NCBI GenBank assembly: GCA_937139515.1
Contig: CAKZQI010000030.1
Span: 1 to 27,298 of the forward strand
Reading direction: 5' to 3'
Length of the DNA stretch: 27,298 bases
Origin: an uncultured Armatimonadetes bacterium
Lineage (GTDB): Bacteria; Armatimonadota; Fimbriimonadia; Fimbriimonadales; GBS-DC
In this document: piece by piece, positions 23,144-27,298 of the stretch
How positions within the stretch are numbered: the first letter of the stretch is position 1
How the letters are laid out: each line of letters starts with the position of its first letter
The notes under the pieces: model-generated
The model's database searches: none
What the model saw: only the letters and a program-made list of their open reading frames with translations
What the model was told of the DNA's origin: nothing
Position numbers and translations under genes: made by a program

Positions 23144-23222
23144 TCTTACATGCAATTGAGTTGAAGTTATTCACACGATTTGTCTCGGTTGTTCGAGGTA
23201 AAATCAAAGAGGTGACTGTGCG

Positions 23223-23429
23223 ATGACTTCTCTGGAACGGATGATACGGGAACTCCCGCCTGAGGCGCAACGCAGTGTTTGGGAGTTCGTAGAATACTTG
23301 CACACAAAATACACTGCCCCCAAGCAAGGCAAACTGCGCTTTGAATGGCAGGGCGCCCTAGAACCCCTGCGTGAGCAATACACCTCCGTGCAACTCCAAC
23401 ACGAGATGCTGAAGGAGTGGAATGATTGA
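23223..23429 (+). CDS. DUF2281-family antitoxin-like protein
   Basis: 68 aa. MIRELPPEAQRSVWEFVEYL matches the DUF2281 N-terminal pattern. RBS AAGAGGTG. Local GC content is clearly below the window average. Confidence 0.55.
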   Translation: MTSLERMIRELPPEAQRSVWEFVEYLHTKYTAPKQGKLRFEWQGALEPLREQYTSVQLQHEMLKEWND

Positions 23430-23596
23430 AATATCTTATTGACACCAACATCGTTCTGGAAGTCTTGCTTAATCAGTCGCGTGCGGCTGAATGGTTTGGA
23501 CTTGATGACGCGTATCGATATGCACTTACAGAACATTATGACTTATTGATTGTGAGTTTTGATAGCGATTTTGACCGCACACAACAAGGGCGCTAA
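23426..23596 (+). pseudogene. Remnant PIN-domain (VapC-like) toxin with internal deletion
   Basis: TTG start overlaps the antitoxin stop (TTGA). Translation (L)KYLIDTNIVLEVLLNQSRAAEWF|GLDDAYRYALTEHYDLLIVSFDSDFDRTQQGR has a PIN N-terminus (IDTN with the first catalytic Asp) fused directly to the PIN C-terminus (LLIVSFDSDF). About 70 central residues are missing, leaving 56 aa. Confidence 0.5.
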
Positions 23597-23717
23597 GAGC
23601 CGAGCGACCTGTAGCGCGTCTATCTGACGCCTGTTTTGATCGACTCCCAAACCACTTGAGTGACTTGTCTCTTAAGCTGAGAGAGATCGCCACATTTCTC
23701 AACACCCTCAATCCCGC

Positions 23718-23748
23718 TTGAAATCGGGTGTCTCCTTAAGGGTATACT
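23718..23748 (+). promoter_or_regulatory. Promoter for tRNA-Cys (TTGAAA-19-TATACT)
   Basis: -35 TTGAAA at 23718-23723, -10 TATACT at 23743-23748 within a GGGTATACT motif. This is about 15 nt upstream of the tRNA 5' end. Confidence 0.45.
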
Positions 23749-23763
23749 ATCTCTACTCCAAGA

Positions 23764-23839
23764 GGTGCGGTACCCAAGTGGCTAAGGGGAGGGACTGCAA
23801 ATCCCTTATTCGTGGGTTCGATTCCCACCCGCACCTCCA
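23764..23839 (+). tRNA. tRNA-Cys (anticodon GCA), CCA encoded
   Basis: Folded by hand. 7-bp acceptor stem GGTGCGG/CCGCACC, 3-bp D-stem, anticodon stem AGGGA/TCCCT with loop CTGCAAA (anticodon GCA), T-arm GTGGG-TTCGATT-CCCAC, and discriminator U73 (the Cys identity element). Followed by CCA and a T-run. Confidence 0.9.
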
Positions 23840-23843
23840 TTTT

Positions 23844-25307
23844 TTAGGGGTTTCCCGTTTGACCGTTCGCAGGGGGTGTTGGCGTGCCCTCCACAACCAC
23901 AGGCACATAGTGCCAGACGCCATCCACAAACGCTCCGATGGCGCCACGCCCCGCACGCAAAGCGGTGAAACGTCCCCACTGGTCGACAAAGCCGATCCCA
24001 CCGCTGACGCCCCAGACCACATTCCATGTGGAGATTGCCTCCCCATTACGGAACACGCGGAAACGCACCGTATCGCCCACCTTGAGCGTGCCATTCGCTG
24101 GTTCCACACGATAGCCTTGCTGAGGGAGAGTGGGACGAGTCGTGTCGTCAAAGACCAAAAGCATGTTTGCGACGGGGCGCTCGGGACCGTCTGAGGGGCT
24201 GTTGATGATTAGGTTGCGCACTACGAGCGTGGTGGAACCGCCCCCATCCAGATTGATGGCTTCTACAGCTCCATAGCGCACCATGATTTGAGCGAGTTCC
24301 GGGAGCGAAGCGCCCTGACTGTGCGATTGGCGCCCGTCCACTGTGAGCCAGATAATTTCACCTTGGGCTGTGCGCCCGATTGCAGTGCGCGGATGGCGAC
24401 GCTCGGTGAAGGTCGTGCGGTTGAACCCGCCTTGGTCGTGTTCTTCCACCTGCACGGACTTGCCATTACGCACCAGCCAGGGACCGCCCGCGACCGCCTC
24501 CTCCACCTGACGCCACCGCTCGGCGTTGTCGCCTGAGAAGTCGATTCGTACCTGCAGGGTGGCGCCGAGTTGTAGGGGGCGCAGGAAGTCTGCGAACGCT
24601 CCCGTACCAATCAACACACCCCCCGTAGTTGGAATGATGCCTGAACTGCCCTCACGCACCTCACGCACCACCGCAGTCGCCACCGTGCCCGCACGCAAGG
24701 GGCGTGTAAGCGTGTCCAGTATCACCACCACTCCTGCCCCTTCAGACTGGGCGGTCGTGCCGTAGTAGTTGGTGAACAGCACCATATCGCCTTGTGCTTT
24801 AGCGGGGCGGTTGAGACCGAGCAGTTGGGCTTTGACACCATCGGGGCGTGTGATGTCGGCATCCAAGCTGGGAGCGCCCATAATGACCTGTCCATTGGGC
24901 AGAAAGCCGATGGCAGGGCGGTCGGGGTAGGTCTCACTCACAATCTCGCCGCCGACAATCTTCAAGCCGAGCGGGTCGCCGTTGGGTGCAAAGAAATCAG
25001 CGTTGATCGCGCCCAAAGCACGGTGGCGCCACGAGGCGCGACTGGTGGTCTCGCGCCCGCGAGTGGGTGTATCGTTCGTGACGATGTCTTGCCCGATGGT
25101 TGACCAGAACCGTACCCCTCGCGCTGGGGTAATCCGCAAGCCCTGTATCGCTAAGGGGGGGGCTGCAGTAATCTCTTGGAACAGCACCACATGGGGCGAA
25201 ATACGCTTCTCAATTTTCTCAGGGGAGCGCGTCTGAAACGCAACCACAGGGCTTGACAGCACTGTCGCCATCAAACCCAACATCCCAACCACACGCACGA
25301 TACGCAT
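23844..25307 (-). CDS. Phosphodiester glycosidase family protein (NAGPA-like, DUF2233), secreted
   Basis: 487 aa. N-terminal signal peptide. The AINLDGGGSTTLV motif is characteristic of the phosphodiester glycosidase domain. A C-terminal Pro-rich tail is present. Confidence 0.7.
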   Translation of the reverse strand: MRIVRVVGMLGLMATVLSSPVVAFQTRSPEKIEKRISPHVVLFQEITAAPPLAIQGLRITPARGVRFWSTIGQDIVTNDTPTRGRETTSRASWRHRALGAINADFFAPNGDPLGLKIVGGEIVSETYPDRPAIGFLPNGQVIMGAPSLDADITRPDGVKAQLLGLNRPAKAQGDMVLFTNYYGTTAQSEGAGVVVILDTLTRPLRAGTVATAVVREVREGSSGIIPTTGGVLIGTGAFADFLRPLQLGATLQVRIDFSGDNAERWRQVEEAVAGGPWLVRNGKSVQVEEHDQGGFNRTTFTERRHPRTAIGRTAQGEIIWLTVDGRQSHSQGASLPELAQIMVRYGAVEAINLDGGGSTTLVVRNLIINSPSDGPERPVANMLLVFDDTTRPTLPQQGYRVEPANGTLKVGDTVRFRVFRNGEAISTWNVVWGVSGGIGFVDQWGRFTALRAGRGAIGAFVDGVWHYVPVVVEGTPTPPANGQTGNP

Positions 25308-25328
25308 AGCTTGAATTGTACCTGCACC

Positions 25329-26444
25329 TCAATAGAGCAGGAACCGCTCGCGTCGGCTACGGAAGGCTTGTTCGTCGCGTGCGACGCGCTGGAGGATGCG
25401 CTCAGGTTCTGCGCCGTCCATAATCATCGCATGCACCTCACGGTTCGCCAGCAGACCCAGCGATTTTTGCGCCTCCCACTCGCGCGGGTAGAGCTTGCGC
25501 AAAGTGTAGGCAAACCCGATACCGAGCGCAAACGGGCGCAGTTTGGCGCGGTCGGTGATGAAGATAGATACCCCCTGACACGCAACCCCCTGATAGACGC
25601 TGGCGGTGGGAGTGAAAGTGAGAGGCACAAAGCGCGCCCCAGCGCTGGTGGGCAGTTCGTTCAGCGCACCTGCCAGCCGTCGCCCATCAATCCACGGCGC
25701 GCCCACCACTTCAAAAGGGGTGTCGGTTCCTCGCCCTACCGAAAGGTTCGTGGCTTCCCAAGTGCCGATAGCAGGGTAGAGCAACGCCTGCTGAAGCCGA
25801 CGCATATTTGGCGACGGGTTGACCCAAAACAGACCACACTCGTCCAGCCACATCGAGCGTTTCCACCCCTCACAGCGGATGACGGTGAGGTTGGCGTTGA
25901 TGCCCCGCTCGGTGTTGAACATCTGCGCCAGCTCGCCCACGGTCATACCGTGCCGAAGGGCGATTGTGTGATAGGCGGTGAAACTGAGGCGGTCAGGGTC
26001 GGCAAGCGGACCTTCTACCTCTACGCCGTTGATGGGGTTCACGCGGTCAAACACAAAAAACGGCACGCCCGCCTCTGCGCACGCCTCCATCGCCAAGCCC
26101 ATCGTGGAGATGTAGGTATAAAAGCGCGTGCCGATGTCCTGAATGTCAAAGATAAGGGCATCAATCTTAGACATTTGCTGGGGGGTGGGTTTGCGTCGCT
26201 CTCCGTAGAGGCTATAAACAGGCAGACCGGTGCGCTCGTCGGTGCTATCGGGCACATTCTCGTCCAGTTGACCGCGTATCCCGTGTTCGGGGCTAAAGAG
26301 GGCGGTCAGCTTAGCCCCCCTCTGCTTGAGGGCATCAATCATATGAGTGAGGTCAGCGGTTAGCCCTGTGTGATTGGTGATTAGCCCGATGCGTCCTTCG
26401 GGTAGTTGCTCTCGTGTGAGGGTGTCAATCCCGTTGCGTACCAT
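25329..26444 (-). CDS. DUF1343 family protein (exo-beta-N-acetylmuramidase NamZ-like)
   Basis: 371 aa. Conserved DUF1343 blocks IGLITNHTG, ALFSPEHG and DALIFDIQDIGTRFYTYISTM. It is 21 nt upstream of the phosphodiester glycosidase gene, so probably in the same operon. A -10 TATAGT sits immediately before the ATG, so it is probably leaderless. Confidence 0.75.
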   Translation of the reverse strand: MVRNGIDTLTREQLPEGRIGLITNHTGLTADLTHMIDALKQRGAKLTALFSPEHGIRGQLDENVPDSTDERTGLPVYSLYGERRKPTPQQMSKIDALIFDIQDIGTRFYTYISTMGLAMEACAEAGVPFFVFDRVNPINGVEVEGPLADPDRLSFTAYHTIALRHGMTVGELAQMFNTERGINANLTVIRCEGWKRSMWLDECGLFWVNPSPNMRRLQQALLYPAIGTWEATNLSVGRGTDTPFEVVGAPWIDGRRLAGALNELPTSAGARFVPLTFTPTASVYQGVACQGVSIFITDRAKLRPFALGIGFAYTLRKLYPREWEAQKSLGLLANREVHAMIMDGAEPERILQRVARDEQAFRSRRERFLLY

Positions 26445-26492
26445 AGAGTGAACTATACCTAAAAAGGTATAATCATTTCAGATAGTGGGACT

Positions 26493-26698
26493 ATGCGCAC
26501 AGTGAAGGGAATTTATGATAAGGGGGTCATTCGCTTGGTGGAGCCTGTACCCTTAGAAGAGGGACAGGAGCGGTGGTGCTTGTTCCAGACGGGCACTCGA
26601 TAGACCACCCAGCGTTGGCATTCGCTGGGATGTTAGCAGACCTTACCGATGAGGAACTCGAGGAGTTTGACCGCGCTCTACAGCGTTCAGTACCGTAG
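26493..26698 (+). pseudogene. DUF104-like (antitoxin-like) small gene interrupted by a frameshift
   Basis: Frame A gives MRTVKGIYDKGVIRLVEPVPLEEGQER then a stop at 26601. Frame B from about 26573 continues VVLVPDGHSIDHPALAFAGMLADLTDEELEEFDRALQRSVP to 26698. Together they reconstitute a typical ~68-aa DUF104 protein. A -10 TATAAT lies at 26469-26474. Confidence 0.45.
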
Positions 26699-26857
26699 GG
26701 CTGAAGCGGTTCTCTGCCGATAATTGCGGGTTTTGAGCCAAATTCCCCCGAAAAGCCAAATTTTTTGCAGGAATCGCGAAAAGGGCAGGGTATACTTAGG
26801 GTAGCAACATCGGGACAAGCGGTCAACCCGTCCGCCTGCACCCGGAAGGAGGTTAGT

Positions 26858-27058
26858 ATGCAATCGGGTAAGGTAAAATGGTTCAACGACCAAAAGGGCT
26901 ACGGCTTTATCGTAGCCGACGATGGTCGTGAAGTCTTTGTGCATCACTCTGCGATTACGATGCAGGGGCACAGGACGCTGTACGAAGGGCAGTCTGTTGA
27001 GTTTGAAGTCGTGCAAGGTCCCAAGGGCTTGCAGGCGCGCAACGTTGTCCCGAAGTAA
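26858..27058 (+). CDS. csp: Cold-shock protein (CspA family)
   Basis: [18 protein letters not shown]...VFVHHSAI has RNP1/RNP2 motifs. RBS GGAAGGAGG. The longer listed ORF from 26765 is an upstream extension. Confidence 0.9.
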   Translation: MQSGKVKWFNDQKGYGFIVADDGREVFVHHSAITMQGHRTLYEGQSVEFEVVQGPKGLQARNVVPK

Positions 27059-27086
27059 GGCAGTCTTATAAAGACGGAAACGACCG

Positions 27087-27120
27087 CGGGGGGCACTCAA
27101 GCCCCCCGTTTTTGATTTTT
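27087..27120 (+). terminator. Rho-independent terminator after csp
   Basis: Stem CGGGGGGC-actcaa-GCCCCCCG followed by TTTTTGATTTTT. Confidence 0.75.
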
Positions 27121-27164
27121 GAACAGCGGGTATAATTTCGCACCGAATAAGGAGGCATATAACG

Positions 27165-27298
27165 ATGAAGTTGATGGTCACAGTCAAGCGGGTTCCCGAC
27201 CCGTACGCCAAAATCACCCCGAACGCCGATGGGAGCGACATCGCCTACGACGGGCTCCAGATGGCGGTCAACCCCTTCGATGAGATTGCCTTAGAAGA
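27165..27298 (+). CDS. etfB: Electron transfer flavoprotein beta subunit (EtfB), 5' partial (runs off window end)
   Basis: MKLMVTVKRVPDPYAKITPNADGSDIAYDGLQMAVNPFDEIALEE matches the EtfB/FixA N-terminus (VKxVPD...MNPFDEIALEEA). RBS AAGGAGG. A -10 TATAAT lies at 27133-27138. Confidence 0.8.
   Translation, partial: MKLMVTVKRVPDPYAKITPNADGSDIAYDGLQMAVNPFDEIALE

Noticed and set aside
23718-24194. Plus-strand 158-aa ORF starting at the tRNA promoter
   Set aside because: It runs through the tRNA-Cys gene and into the antisense of the phosphodiester glycosidase CDS. Not a plausible gene.
25311-26363. Plus-strand 350-aa ORF
   Set aside because: Antisense to the DUF1343/NamZ-like CDS, which has strong family motifs. 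Arg/His/Gly-rich shadow frame.

Overview
This is a 27.3-kb GC-rich (about 60%) bacterial chromosomal window; the highlights are the chromosomal replication origin, a xanthorhodopsin beside the flagellar operon, and palindromic repeats inserted in-frame into two antiporter genes. The mix of an H-X9-DG prepilin-like protein, a xanthorhodopsin-family rhodopsin, flagellar genes and GGGTATAAT-type promoters suggests an Armatimonadota, Planctomycetota or Chloroflexota-like organism, but taxonomy is unverified.

From left to right the window contains:
1. The tail of a flagellar switch/export operon on the minus strand (fliM, fliN/fliY-like, fliO, fliP).
2. A xanthorhodopsin/Gloeobacter-rhodopsin-like proton-pump rhodopsin gene with a DTE motif and Schiff-base Lys, transcribed divergently from fliM across a 247-bp control region.
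3. An H-X9-DG prepilin-type protein, an S9-family (beta-propeller plus prolyl-oligopeptidase-like) peptidase, an NfeD(YqiJ)-flotillin(YqiK) operon, an Uma2-family endonuclease and a DUF1992 protein.
4. A 10-gene Mrp-type multisubunit cation/proton antiporter cluster. Its gene order (E-F-G-A'[MbhD/E-like]-B-C-D) matches the membrane arm of Mbh/Mbx hydrogenases. It carries an extra NuoL-like subunit, a 62-aa coupled membrane ORF and a further D-like subunit.
5. rsmG (gidB) and a GT4 glycosyltransferase.
6. The chromosomal replication origin, supported by 8 perfect TTATCCACA DnaA boxes (4 of them helically phased) plus AT-rich stretches.
7. A hypothetical LolA-like protein and a SAM methyltransferase.
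8. A low-GC remnant toxin-antitoxin locus (DUF2281 antitoxin plus an internally deleted PIN toxin) next to a tRNA-Cys(GCA).
9. A phosphodiester glycosidase and a DUF1343/NamZ-like protein, which are candidate cell-wall enzymes.
10. A frameshifted DUF104-like gene, a cold-shock protein gene, and the start of etfB.

The most unusual signal is a family of GC-rich palindromic hairpin repeats (CCCCTCTCCCG-loop-CGGGAGAGGGG and relatives). These include a ~125-bp unit present twice at about 90% identity. They are inserted in-frame into the C-terminal regions of two adjacent NuoL/M-family antiporter genes and read through as Pro/Gly/Ser/Glu-rich linkers.

A second repeat is a ~70-bp element with terminal inverted repeats (GTCAYCCTGAGCG...CGCTCAGGATGAC). 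It occurs two or three times in intergenic regions. No CRISPR array, rRNA or intact mobile element was seen.
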